From Candidatus Delongbacteria bacterium (lineage in GTDB: Bacteria; UBA4055), in contig JAFGVM010000029.1 of assembly GCA_016937995.1 (NCBI GenBank), positions 1 through 52,859 of the forward strand: a stretch of DNA of 52,859 bases, read 5' to 3'. The translations under genes were made by a program, and so were the position numbers. The first letter of the stretch is position 1. The number at the start of each line of letters is the position of its first letter. This document shows, piece after piece, positions 27,739-37,502 of this stretch. Below the pieces are notes generated by a model, which did not search any database, had not been told where the DNA came from, and saw only the letters and a program-made list of their open reading frames with translations.

Positions 27739-29199
27739 GTGAGTATGGAAAAGATCAAAATGGATCTATCAAACCTGAACAATGCATTTCCTGATGATTT
27801 TACTGAAGAACAGATAGCTAAAGGTAAAACACTGTTCCTTAAGAAATTGTCAGAGTCAGCACATAAATTCTATGGCGGAAAGATACAAACTGCGCCAAAA
27901 GCAGGTGTTTTCGGTTTTAACTGGTTCAATGTCTGGTATACTCCGGGTGTTTCAAAGGTCTCTACAGAGATAAGAGATAACAACGATACTTCATTTGAAT
28001 TAAGCAACAGAGGTAATCTTGTAGGTGTTGTAAGTGATTCTACAAGAGTTCTGGGTGATGGCGACTGTACTCCTCCCGGAGGTCTTGGTGTAATGGAAGG
28101 AAAAGCTTTCCTAATGAAATATCTTGGTGGAGTTGATGCAGTAGCTCTTTGTGTTGACAGTAAAGATAAAGATGGTAAGAATGATCCGCAGAAAATAATA
28201 GATTTTGTTAAAATGTGTCAGCACAGCTTTGGTGCTATCAATCTGGAAGATATATCACAGCCGAATTGCTTCAAAGTTCTTGATGTTCTTAGAGAGGAAT
28301 GCGATATACCTGTTTGGCATGATGATGCTCAGGGAACTGCAAGTGTTACTCTGGCGGGTTTAATTAATGCTCTTAAGCTGGCTAAGAAAGATATTAAAGA
28401 TGTTAAGATCGTTCTTCTTGGAGCTGGAGCATCAAATACAACTATTGCGAGACTTATTATAACAGATGGAGCAGATCCCGGTAATTTGATAATGTTCGAC
28501 TCTAAAGGGTCTTTAAACAAGGGTAGAGCAGATATTGAAGCTGATAAGAGATTCTACAGAAAGTGGGAACTCTGTGAGACAACAAATAAAGATCAGGTTA
28601 AAACTATCGAAGAAGCTTTCGTAGGTGCTGATGTTCTTATCGCATTGTCAACTCCGGGTCCTGACACTGTCAAGAAGGAATGGATCGCAACTATGGCTGA
28701 AAAAGCTATTGTATTTACCTGTGCTAATCCTGTTCCTGAGATCTATCCCTATGCAGCTAAAGAAGCAGGTGCTTTCATAGTTGCTACAGGTAGGGGAGAC
28801 TTTCCTAATCAGGTTAATAATTCTATCGGTTTCCCAGGTATCTTAAAAGGTGCTTTGATGGTAAGAGCAAGAAAGATCACTGATAATATGGCAATTGCTG
28901 CTGCCCATTCACTTGCCGATTATGCTGAGAAACGTGGTATAGATCCTGAGAATATCGTTCCAACTATGGATGAAGCGACTGTATTCCCAGTTGAATCTGC
29001 TGATGTAGCTATGCAGGCGATCAAAGATGGCGTAGCAAGGATCAATATGACCTGGGATGAGGCTTTTGCTAAGGCTAAGGAAGATATTGATTATTCCAGA
29101 GGAATGACTAAAAATCTTATGGATAATGGTTTTATTGGAAAACCTGAAGATAAGATGCTTGAAGACGCTCTTCAATGGGCGATCAATGAGTTAAGATAA
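27739..29199 (+). CDS. NAD(P)-dependent malic enzyme
   Basis: YTPGV, VMEGKA, INLEDI, HDDAQGTA, GAGAS, ANPVPEI, TGRGDFPNQVNN. Confidence 0.92.
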   Translation: MSMEKIKMDLSNLNNAFPDDFTEEQIAKGKTLFLKKLSESAHKFYGGKIQTAPKAGVFGFNWFNVWYTPGVSKVSTEIRDNNDTSFELSNRGNLVGVVSDSTRVLGDGDCTPPGGLGVMEGKAFLMKYLGGVDAVALCVDSKDKDGKNDPQKIIDFVKMCQHSFGAINLEDISQPNCFKVLDVLREECDIPVWHDDAQGTASVTLAGLINALKLAKKDIKDVKIVLLGAGASNTTIARLIITDGADPGNLIMFDSKGSLNKGRADIEADKRFYRKWELCETTNKDQVKTIEEAFVGADVLIALSTPGPDTVKKEWIATMAEKAIVFTCANPVPEIYPYAAKEAGAFIVATGRGDFPNQVNNSIGFPGILKGALMVRARKITDNMAIAAAHSLADYAEKRGIDPENIVPTMDEATVFPVESADVAMQAIKDGVARINMTWDEAFAKAKEDIDYSRGMTKNLMDNGFIGKPEDKMLEDALQWAINELR

Positions 29200-29224
29200 A
29201 AAAAAGGGCGTTAGCCCTTTTTTT
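29198..29224. terminator. Bidirectional rho-independent terminator
   Basis: aaaaaaaagggc-gtta-gccctttttt between convergent genes. Confidence 0.85.
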
Positions 29225-29225
29225 A

Positions 29226-29945
29226 TTATTCAAATGCGTTATCAGTCTTCCAGACTTCCCAAACCTTACCTACAAGGTCAGGTCCCGGTTTTAAAGTCAT
29301 TTTACCAGGTTTCCAACCTGAAGGTGTTGCTTCTCCACCTTTGCTTTCTCTGACAAGCTGAAATGCCTGTATCTGTCTAATTGTTTCACTTACATTTCTT
29401 CCAACAGGAGGAGTTAATACTTCATATCCCTGAACAACTCCATCAGGGTCTATGATAAATCTTCCTCTTGTTTCTACACCTGCATCTTCATCGTAGATAC
29501 CATAGATAGTTCCGACCTTTCCACCACCGTCAGAGCACATAGCGTAAGGAATTCCACCATCGACCATTTTAGAAAGTTCTTTTTCATTCCACATCTTATG
29601 AACGAACACACTGTCAACGCTCATTGATAATACTTCTACACCAAGTTTTTGAAATTCTGGATATTTTGCAGCAACTGCTGACACTTCAGTAGCTCAAACA
29701 AATGTGAAATCACCGGGATAGAAACATAATACTACCCATTTACCCAGATAATCAGAAAGTTTGACGTTAACGAATTTTCCATTGTGAAAAGCCGGTGCTG
29801 TAAAGTCCGGAGCTTTTTTTCCTACTTTGATCATTGGTCTTTCCTCCTTTTGAGACTTTTGTTCAATTACTTTTTCAGGTACACTCCCTGATCCAACAGG
29901 ACCACCCGTCGGTCTTGCACAACCGGGTTTAAATTCATCCGGCAT
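29226..29945 (-). CDS. prxU: Selenocysteine-containing peroxiredoxin (one 239-aa ORF through an in-frame UGA)
   Basis: [12 protein letters not shown](29694-29696)-ATEVSAV aligns with the AhpC FTFVCPTE motif; the two track ORFs are in the same frame. Confidence 0.9.
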
Positions 29946-30109
29946 AAGAACCTCCTGTATTTGAATTAAGTAAATATTCTTAAGACAATATACAAAAAAA
30001 AATCCTCTTTTGAAAGACTATAATTAGATCATTAAGAATCTATTAATTTGTTTCTATTGAAGATTTGCTGATTGATCAGTATATTACCGTAAATTTAAAA
30101 GGATATGAT

Positions 30110-30319
30110 ATGAAAGATCTGGTAGTTTTATCTGTATTTACGAATCATTCAGAAGCTGAAATGGCGAAAGCTTTGCTTGAATCAAACAATATTCCATCAA
30201 TGATCATGTCTGATGATGTTGCAGGTCTGGGATTGGGTCAGACATTTGTTAAAGGTGTTAAACTTCTGGTGAATGAGAATGACTTAGAACAGGCTGAAGA
30301 TATTTTAGGTATTAGTTAG
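30110..30319 (+). CDS. DUF2007-like small protein
   Basis: EAEMAKALLESNNIPS...GVKLLVNENDLEQAEDIL; ATG30110 after AAGGA. Confidence 0.7.
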   Translation: MKDLVVLSVFTNHSEAEMAKALLESNNIPSMIMSDDVAGLGLGQTFVKGVKLLVNENDLEQAEDILGIS

Positions 30320-30335
30320 TATTTATTTACTTATA

Positions 30336-30351
30336 TGTGATACAAATCACA
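30336..30351. promoter_or_regulatory. CRP/FNR-family-type binding site
   Basis: TGTGA-tacaaa-TCACA, intergenic, 58 nt before the 30410 ATG. Confidence 0.5.
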
Positions 30352-30409
30352 TCGAAAAGTTGTTTTATCGTTTAGTTTTATGTGAGATTACAGTAAAATA
30401 GGTAAGTAA

Positions 30410-30871
30410 ATGTTCCTGAGAAGGCTTAAGAAGTTTGGACCTATAAAAGCAGCCACAATAATCACTGTGTTCTTTGTTGTTATTGCTTGTCTTATATCAT
30501 ATGTTACAGTGTATTTGATGGATGGTGCAGTAGAAACAAAAAAGATGCTATTACCTTTATTTTTACCTATACTTACATTTTATGGACCTGCGATCTATTT
30601 TTTAAAGTTAATGATTAGACTGGATTCAGCAGAAAAACAGCTTAAGCAAAAGAATACTGAGCTAGAGAAAGCATTGAAAGAAGTTAAGATCCTTGAAGGT
30701 TTGTTTCCTATTTGTTCTTCATGTAAGAGTATCAGAGATGAAGAAGGTCAGTGGAATGCTGTTGAAAGATATATTGAGAAGAAATCTGATGCGACTTTCA
30801 GCCACAGTCTTTGCCCGTATTGTTTTGCAAAGCTTTATCCTATGATAAAGAAGAACGGTTCTTCGGAGTAA
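30410..30871 (+). CDS. Membrane protein with coiled coil and C-terminal Cys-rich (CxxC..H..CxxC) domain
   Basis: Two hydrophobic segments; PICSSCKSIRD...W..VERYI..FSHSLCPYC. Confidence 0.7.
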   Translation: MFLRRLKKFGPIKAATIITVFFVVIACLISYVTVYLMDGAVETKKMLLPLFLPILTFYGPAIYFLKLMIRLDSAEKQLKQKNTELEKALKEVKILEGLFPICSSCKSIRDEEGQWNAVERYIEKKSDATFSHSLCPYCFAKLYPMIKKNGSSE

Positions 30872-30983
30872 ATACACCTCAAATAGCATTTTATCACCTA
30901 AAAAAGACATTTCATATCCAAATAGTTGCTAATTAACTACATTAAACGTATTTTAACTTCATTATTAAATTAAAGTTAAGGAT

Positions 30984-32015
30984 TTGTTTATGAATAAATT
31001 CAGCATGAAAGAAATAACAAAACGAAATGTTAAGAAGTATTCAGATGATTTCTGGAAGAAATTTTTTGATATGAGAATACAGGTAAACGAAAGAGCGGGA
31101 TCAAAAACACCATTTAATACCTGGGAACAATGGAAAAATTATATGCAGGATACATTTAAAAAGGATAAGAACCTGCATACTATTACCGCAGTACTTAAAG
31201 ATGATGAGTTCTATGGTTATTTCTACATAGCTTCAACTCCTAATTCCTCTAGAAAAAATCATCTTGAAGTATTTTACAATTCTGCTTTCTATGACCATGA
31301 TAAAGAGATATCACTTCTTATATCAAAACTGATAAAAAAGTATTTCGATAAAAAAAGAGATGAGATAATACTATTCAAAACTTTCAATGATAATTTCAGA
31401 GAGATAGCAAAAAGGTTAAAAGGAAAACTGGGTGAATATACTATAAGAATGAATTTACCACCTAAAGAAGCTAATAAGAATGAGATGAAAAAGTGGATGA
31501 GGGAGCTCCCTGAAAAGAATCCCGATATAAAGCTAAAATTCTATACAACTATACCACAAAAACTTATAAAGGAATATTGCTCTCTATTCACACTATTGAT
31601 GGAAGATATGCCTAAACCTCATTACTTCAACACATTTATTGACCCGAAGAAAATGGCAGAACGAGAGAAGGATCAAAAAGGAACTGATCAGGTCTCATAC
31701 AGAATACTTGCTTTCAACGAAAGGAATAAATTAATTGGTATGACAAATATTTTTATACACAAGAAATTTCCGCAGTATCCATACCAGTACATGACTGGAA
31801 CTTTACCGGAATACAGACATAAAGGTATCGCAAAATGGATGAAAACTGAGAACTTTTTCAAGATAACGGCTGATTTTAAAAGTAAGATCACAGCAATTGT
31901 CACAGAAACAAGTCCTAATAACTACGGGTCAAAAAGAACGAGTAAGCTTCTCGGTTTCAAATACGAAGGCTGTGAAGTATATTATGAGCTGGATGTAAAT
32001 AAATTTCCGGGGTAG
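30984..32015 (+). CDS. GNAT-like acetyltransferase
   Basis: C-terminal YQYMTGTLPEYRHKGIAKWMK...N...LGFK acetyl-CoA-binding pattern. Confidence 0.65.
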   Translation: MFMNKFSMKEITKRNVKKYSDDFWKKFFDMRIQVNERAGSKTPFNTWEQWKNYMQDTFKKDKNLHTITAVLKDDEFYGYFYIASTPNSSRKNHLEVFYNSAFYDHDKEISLLISKLIKKYFDKKRDEIILFKTFNDNFREIAKRLKGKLGEYTIRMNLPPKEANKNEMKKWMRELPEKNPDIKLKFYTTIPQKLIKEYCSLFTLLMEDMPKPHYFNTFIDPKKMAEREKDQKGTDQVSYRILAFNERNKLIGMTNIFIHKKFPQYPYQYMTGTLPEYRHKGIAKWMKTENFFKITADFKSKITAIVTETSPNNYGSKRTSKLLGFKYEGCEVYYELDVNKFPG

Positions 32016-32117
32016 AAGATCACGATCTTTAAAGAGGCTTTGCAGCGTCTTTTTTAACAAATTATTTCATAATTAACTTTGTTTTTAGTGCTTTAATAGA
32101 TTATTTTTATCATAGGG

Positions 32118-32144
32118 TCAAATATAGTTTTTTACTATATTTGA
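32118..32144. promoter_or_regulatory. Operator-like inverted repeat upstream of the acyl-activating gene
   Basis: TCAAATATAGT-N5-ACTATATTTGA. Confidence 0.45.
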
Positions 32145-32175
32145 GGTCTGTATACTAAAATTTGAGGTTTTTGGA

Positions 32176-34644
32176 ATGATTTGTACTAAATTTTTGGATA
32201 AAATAGCTGTAAAAACAAACAATGACCAGATAAGCTATAAAGGTCTTCTTGAGAATATTGACAGATATTCAAAGTTGTTCAATGATAAAAAATATGAAAA
32301 GATAGCAATACTGTCAGAGAACAGGTTAGAGTGGTTATATTCTTTTTTTTCCGGATGGAAAAATGATTGTATCATAGTGCCGGTTGATTTCATGTCCTCA
32401 ATAGAAGATGTTGTATATATTCTTAATGACTGCAAACCCGAGCTGATCTTCTATAGTAATGGTACAAAGGAAAATTTTAAAAAGATCTCTGAAAGGCTTG
32501 ATTATAAAATTGAATCGATCAACTTTGATGATATTAATCTTACCGATGAAATTTCAACAACAGATTATACAATTACAGAAGATATTGAAAGAACAGCAGT
32601 GATCATTTATACTTCAGGTACAACTGGAAGCCCTAAAGGTGTCATGTTATCTTATAAGAATTTAATCGCAAATATTGAAGGAGTGACAAAAAATGTACCG
32701 ATTTTCACTCCAAAGAAAGAGACACTGATGCTGTTACCTCTTCATCACATTTTCCCTCTTGCAGGCACAATGCTGGCTCCTTTGGCATCAGGTGGAAGTA
32801 TTGCTATGAGCCCGTCGATGCAGTCTGAGGATGTCAAGCAGACATTGAAAGATAATGAAGTTAATATTGTCGTAGGTGTTCCCAGATTCTACGAATTGCT
32901 CTACAGGGGTATAAAATCCAAGATAGATGTAAGTTTTCTTGCAAAAAATTTATACCGTATAGTCGATCTTATCGGAAATAAAACTCTGGGTAAAATGATA
33001 TTCAAAAAAGTTCATCAGGGACTCGGGGGACATATAGAGACTTTTGTTTCAGGTGGAGCAGCTTTGAATAAGGATGTTGGTAATTTCTTTGTTACCATAG
33101 GTGTTGACGTACTTGAAGGCTTCGGTATGACAGAATCAGCACCAATGATAACTTTTACTAGACCGGGAAAGATAAAGATCGGATCAACAGGACAGGCATT
33201 ACCGGGAGTCACAGTTGAGATCAGAGACGGTGAAGTGGTTGCGAAAGGTCCAAATATCATGAAAGGTTATTATAACAGACCTGAAGAAACTGCGGCTGTT
33301 TTGAAAGACGGGTGGTTATATACAGGGGATACCGGTACTCTCGATAAAAAAGGATTTTTAAGGATCACAGGAAGAACTAAAGAGATAATCGTACTTTCTA
33401 ACGGAAAGAATATCAATCCTGTAGAACTTGAAAGTAAGCTTGATAAGCTTCAACCGTTCGTAAAAGAGGCCGCTGTTCTTATCCACGAAGAAAAACTTCA
33501 CGCTATTATCGTTCCTGATTTTCAGGGTTTCTCTGAGAAAGGTGTAATCGACATAAATAAATATTTAAAGGAAATACTCTTACCTGAATTCAATAAAGAA
33601 CTGAGTTCATACAAAAGAATAAATCAGTTCACGATAACCAGGCAGGAAATTCCTAGAACAAGGCTGAGTAAGATACAGAGATTCAAGCTGGTTGACTTGA
33701 TAAATAAGCCTGAAGTTGACAGATCAAAGATGGAACAGCCTGATTGTGAAGAATATCATGCTGTGAAAACTTACTTAGAAAGTCAGACAGATATGGATGT
33801 ATATCCTGACCAGCATATTGAGTATGATCTGGGACTTGATTCTCTGGGTAAAATAGGGTTTATCAGCTTTGTTGAGCAAACTTTTGGTGTAAAGATAGAT
33901 GAGGATAAATTATTTCATTTTCCATCCGTAAAGGAGATAGTTGATCATATAAAAGATCATAAACTTTGGCATAAATTTGAAAGCATTAACTGGACTGCTA
34001 CTTTAAAGGAAAAAGTAAATGTGAAATTACCTAAATCATGGTTCACTCAGAATTTTATTAAGAGTTTGTCCAAAAGAATGTTCAAGCTGTATTTCAGATT
34101 TGAAACCCTGGGTAGTGAAAATTTACCTGAAGGACCTTTTATTATTGCTCCTAATCATCAAAGCTATATTGACGGTTTATTCGTGGCTTCAGGTATAAAA
34201 AGAAATATTATGAAGGATACATTCTTTTACGCCAAGAAAAAACATGTTAAGAACTGGTTCCTTAAGATGATGGCAAAAAAGAACAATGTAATAGTAATGG
34301 ACGTAAATAATGATCTAAAAGGGTCTATTCAGAAGATGGCTGAAGTCTTGAAGAGAAAGAAGAATATTATAATTTTTCCGGAAGGCACCAGATCAAAGAC
34401 CGGTGAGATAGGAGAGTTTAAAAAGACATTTGCGATATTGAGTAAGGAGTTGAATGTACCTGTGGTTCCGGTAGCTATCAACGGGGCTTATAATGCATTG
34501 TCATCAGGATCGATCTTCCCAAGACCATTCACGAAAGTTAAAGTCGATTTTCTTGAACCGGTAAAACCTGATGGATTGACAGTAGATTCAATTGTAGAAA
34601 AAGTCAGAGGTGTGATATTAAACAAGATAATTGAGAACGAATAA
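32176..34644 (+). CDS. Long-chain acyl-CoA/ACP synthetase - acyl carrier - PlsC-type acyltransferase fusion
   Basis: YTSGTTGSPKG, GFGMTE, TGD; DLGLDSL carrier Ser; NHQSYID and FPEGTRS. Confidence 0.88.
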   Translation: MICTKFLDKIAVKTNNDQISYKGLLENIDRYSKLFNDKKYEKIAILSENRLEWLYSFFSGWKNDCIIVPVDFMSSIEDVVYILNDCKPELIFYSNGTKENFKKISERLDYKIESINFDDINLTDEISTTDYTITEDIERTAVIIYTSGTTGSPKGVMLSYKNLIANIEGVTKNVPIFTPKKETLMLLPLHHIFPLAGTMLAPLASGGSIAMSPSMQSEDVKQTLKDNEVNIVVGVPRFYELLYRGIKSKIDVSFLAKNLYRIVDLIGNKTLGKMIFKKVHQGLGGHIETFVSGGAALNKDVGNFFVTIGVDVLEGFGMTESAPMITFTRPGKIKIGSTGQALPGVTVEIRDGEVVAKGPNIMKGYYNRPEETAAVLKDGWLYTGDTGTLDKKGFLRITGRTKEIIVLSNGKNINPVELESKLDKLQPFVKEAAVLIHEEKLHAIIVPDFQGFSEKGVIDINKYLKEILLPEFNKELSSYKRINQFTITRQEIPRTRLSKIQRFKLVDLINKPEVDRSKMEQPDCEEYHAVKTYLESQTDMDVYPDQHIEYDLGLDSLGKIGFISFVEQTFGVKIDEDKLFHFPSVKEIVDHIKDHKLWHKFESINWTATLKEKVNVKLPKSWFTQNFIKSLSKRMFKLYFRFETLGSENLPEGPFIIAPNHQSYIDGLFVASGIKRNIMKDTFFYAKKKHVKNWFLKMMAKKNNVIVMDVNNDLKGSIQKMAEVLKRKKNIIIFPEGTRSKTGEIGEFKKTFAILSKELNVPVVPVAINGAYNALSSGSIFPRPFTKVKVDFLEPVKPDGLTVDSIVEKVRGVILNKIIENE

Positions 34645-34756
34645 TTTAATATTGTGATATTTATCTTGAATATTCTCATTTTTTTTAGTATGTTATCATA
34701 AGATATAAATAGTCTTACTTTAAATAATAGTTAAAACAATGTTTCAGGAGATCCAA

Positions 34757-36427
34757 ATGAATACTGATATCGAAATTGCAAAAGCAGCAAAGATAGAACA
34801 TATCTCAAAAATCGCTCAAAAATTGAATATTCCTGAAGAAGATCTGGAATATTATGGAAAGTATAAGGCTAAATTGCCATTACATTTTATAGATCTGGAA
34901 AAAGTAAAAAAGAGTAAACTGATATTAGTTTCAGCGATCACTCCTACTCCAGCTGGAGAGGGTAAAACAACTGTTTCTATAGGCTTAAGTCAGGGATTAA
35001 ATCTTTTAGGCAAAAAAGCAACGGTTGTCCTTAGAGAACCGTCTTTAGGGCCGGTATTTGGAATAAAAGGTGGAGCAGCCGGTGGTGGTCATGCTCAGGT
35101 TTTACCTATGGAAGACATAAATTTACATTTTACAGGTGATCTGAATGCTATTGAAAAGGCAAATAATTTACTTGCAGCGATCATAGACAACGAAATTCAG
35201 AGTAAAAAAGATGAGCTGGACCTGGACCCCAGAACTATCAGCTGGAGAAGGGTCATGGATATGAATGACCGCTCTCTTAGAGATATTGTGATAGGACTTG
35301 GTGGTACACTTAGCGGAATTCCAAGAGAAACCGGATTTGATATAGTAGCAGCATCTGAGATCATGGCAGCTTTATGTTTAAGTGATGATCTGATGGACCT
35401 TAAAAGAAAACTGGGTGAAATATTTGTTGGATATACCCGTTCAAAGAAACCTGTTTATGTTAAGGATCTGAAAGTAAATGGAGCAATGGCTGCTTTATTA
35501 AAAGATGCGATCAAACCGAATTTAGTGCAAACAATTGGCGGATTCCCCGCAATTATTCATGGTGGACCATTTGCAAATATTGCTCAAGGAACAAATTCAG
35601 TTATAGCAACAAGGATGGGTCTGAGTTTAAGCGATTATGTTGTGACCGAAGCAGGTTTTGGTTTTGATCTGGGAGCAGAAAAATTCTTTGATATTAAATG
35701 TGTTTCAGCCGGATTGAGTCCAAGTGCAACAGTATTAGTTGCTACTGTTAGAGCATTAAAATTTCATGGTGGAGTTAAGCTTAAGGATCTCCAAAATGAA
35801 AATCTTGAAGCATTAAAGGAAGGAATGGTTAATTTAGAGAAACATCTTGAAAATATGGCTCATTTTAACATTTGTTCAGTAGTTGCAATTAATAGATTTC
35901 CATCGGATACGGACGAAGAGATCAGAATGATAAAAGAATTTGTTGAAAACAAAGGTTATCTGGTCGCTGTGGCAAATGTGTGGGAAAAAGGTGGGGAAGG
36001 AGGACTAGACCTGGCAAAAGCTGTATTGAATGTAGCTGAAATGTGTAATAATAAGTTTACTCCATTGTATGAATGGGATTGGTCAATTGAAGATAAGATC
36101 GAGAAAGTTGCGAAAACTATTTATGGTGCTGAAGCTGTTGATTACAGACCACAGGCATTGAATGATATTAAACGAATTCAAAAACTAGGATTGGATAAGT
36201 TGCCTATTTGTATAGCTAAGACACAAAAATCTCTTTCTGACAATCCGCATTTATTAGGCAGACCCAAAGATTTCATTGTAACTGTAAGAGAAATTCAAAT
36301 ATCTTCCGGTGCAGGATTTTTAGTGCCCATCACCGGTGACATTATGCGAATGCCAGGTTTACCGGAGGTTCCAGCCGCGATGAACATAGATATAGATAAT
36401 GAAGGGAATATTAGCGGACTTTTTTAG
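34757..36427 (+). CDS. fhs: Formate-tetrahydrofolate ligase
   Basis: TPAGEGKTT, REPSLGP, INLHFTGD, HGGPFANIA, EAGFGFDLGAEKF, MRMPGLP. Confidence 0.96.
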   Translation: MNTDIEIAKAAKIEHISKIAQKLNIPEEDLEYYGKYKAKLPLHFIDLEKVKKSKLILVSAITPTPAGEGKTTVSIGLSQGLNLLGKKATVVLREPSLGPVFGIKGGAAGGGHAQVLPMEDINLHFTGDLNAIEKANNLLAAIIDNEIQSKKDELDLDPRTISWRRVMDMNDRSLRDIVIGLGGTLSGIPRETGFDIVAASEIMAALCLSDDLMDLKRKLGEIFVGYTRSKKPVYVKDLKVNGAMAALLKDAIKPNLVQTIGGFPAIIHGGPFANIAQGTNSVIATRMGLSLSDYVVTEAGFGFDLGAEKFFDIKCVSAGLSPSATVLVATVRALKFHGGVKLKDLQNENLEALKEGMVNLEKHLENMAHFNICSVVAINRFPSDTDEEIRMIKEFVENKGYLVAVANVWEKGGEGGLDLAKAVLNVAEMCNNKFTPLYEWDWSIEDKIEKVAKTIYGAEAVDYRPQALNDIKRIQKLGLDKLPICIAKTQKSLSDNPHLLGRPKDFIVTVREIQISSGAGFLVPITGDIMRMPGLPEVPAAMNIDIDNEGNISGLF

Positions 36428-36495
36428 GTATGTGTTATATTGTAGAAATTATTTTATATTATAAAAAATAAAATTTATAATAAAGTGGAAATAAT

Positions 36496-37407
36496 ATGAA
36501 ATTGAAAAATTTAAAAATGAAACCTTTTAACACATCTTTGATGGGTGTTATAAAGGGAGTTTCAGATTACTACGGTTATAATTACAGCGATGCTTTTATT
36601 TTTGGAGCTACAGGTCAGGCATTTATGATAAATATTCATAAAAAGTTGTGTCCCAGTGGACCATATTGCTGGAATATGACAAAATTTACTGAATTACTAA
36701 GACATATGGGTATAATTATGGAGGATCTTGGTTTTTTCCCTCCAACAATTGTGAAACAGGCCAGAGGTAAAGTAGAAGCAATAATAAGATCCAAGATAGA
36801 TAATAGAATTCCCTGTTCAATGCTGAATTTGGATAATCAGTTAATTTACGGTTATGAAAGTGAAGGACTATTATGCTATCAACCATGGCCGAAAATGAAA
36901 TTTCCACCTGCTAAATTATCATACGGCACATGGGAAGAACTTGGAGAAGACTTCCATGTTAATTTTTATTCTTTCCTAAAGATCGAGCATATTCATATAA
37001 AAAAAATTATTCTTGAAAGTATTATTTATGCTATTGAACTTTTCGATAGTTCAGAAAGTTATTCCTGGGAGCATTACGGGATGGGTTTTGATGCATATGA
37101 CAATTTTATTGATGCAGTAAAAAAAGGTTATGGCGATTCTCACGGTAACTGGTGGAATGCCAAAGTATGGAGTGAATGCCGTTCTATGGCAAAAGACTAT
37201 ATGAATGAAATATCTGAACTCTATGATCTTGAGACCAAAGAATTTATGCAGGATATTGCCTATATATACGAACAGATCGGAAATTATCTTGATAAAATAT
37301 CAAATAGAGAATTGGATGTACTTCAAAAAGTAAAGTTACTAGAAAAAACACGAGAGCTTGAGATAGAGAATCTTAACAATTTGAAGGAATTGGTCATAAA
37401 ATTATAG
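36496..37407 (+). CDS. Hypothetical protein
   Basis: 303-aa ORF; no family recognised. Confidence 0.65.
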   Translation: MKLKNLKMKPFNTSLMGVIKGVSDYYGYNYSDAFIFGATGQAFMINIHKKLCPSGPYCWNMTKFTELLRHMGIIMEDLGFFPPTIVKQARGKVEAIIRSKIDNRIPCSMLNLDNQLIYGYESEGLLCYQPWPKMKFPPAKLSYGTWEELGEDFHVNFYSFLKIEHIHIKKIILESIIYAIELFDSSESYSWEHYGMGFDAYDNFIDAVKKGYGDSHGNWWNAKVWSECRSMAKDYMNEISELYDLETKEFMQDIAYIYEQIGNYLDKISNRELDVLQKVKLLEKTRELEIENLNNLKELVIKL

Positions 37408-37458
37408 TATCAGTAAATTTTTTACTGATGAATTGCATTTTCAGTTTATTGTACCATG

Positions 37459-37486
37459 AAAAAAGGGCGTTATTCATAACGCCCTT
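37459..37486 (-). terminator. Terminator after ruvA
   Basis: aaaaaagggcgtta-ttca-taacgccctt. Confidence 0.75.
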
Positions 37487-37502
37487 AAATATAACTTCTA
37501 AT

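Noticed and set aside
29694-29696. Genome-wide UGA reassignment (genetic code 4 or 25)
   Set aside because: TGA terminates the cupin and uvrC genes normally and Trp is encoded by TGG; only this catalytic-site UGA appears to be read through.
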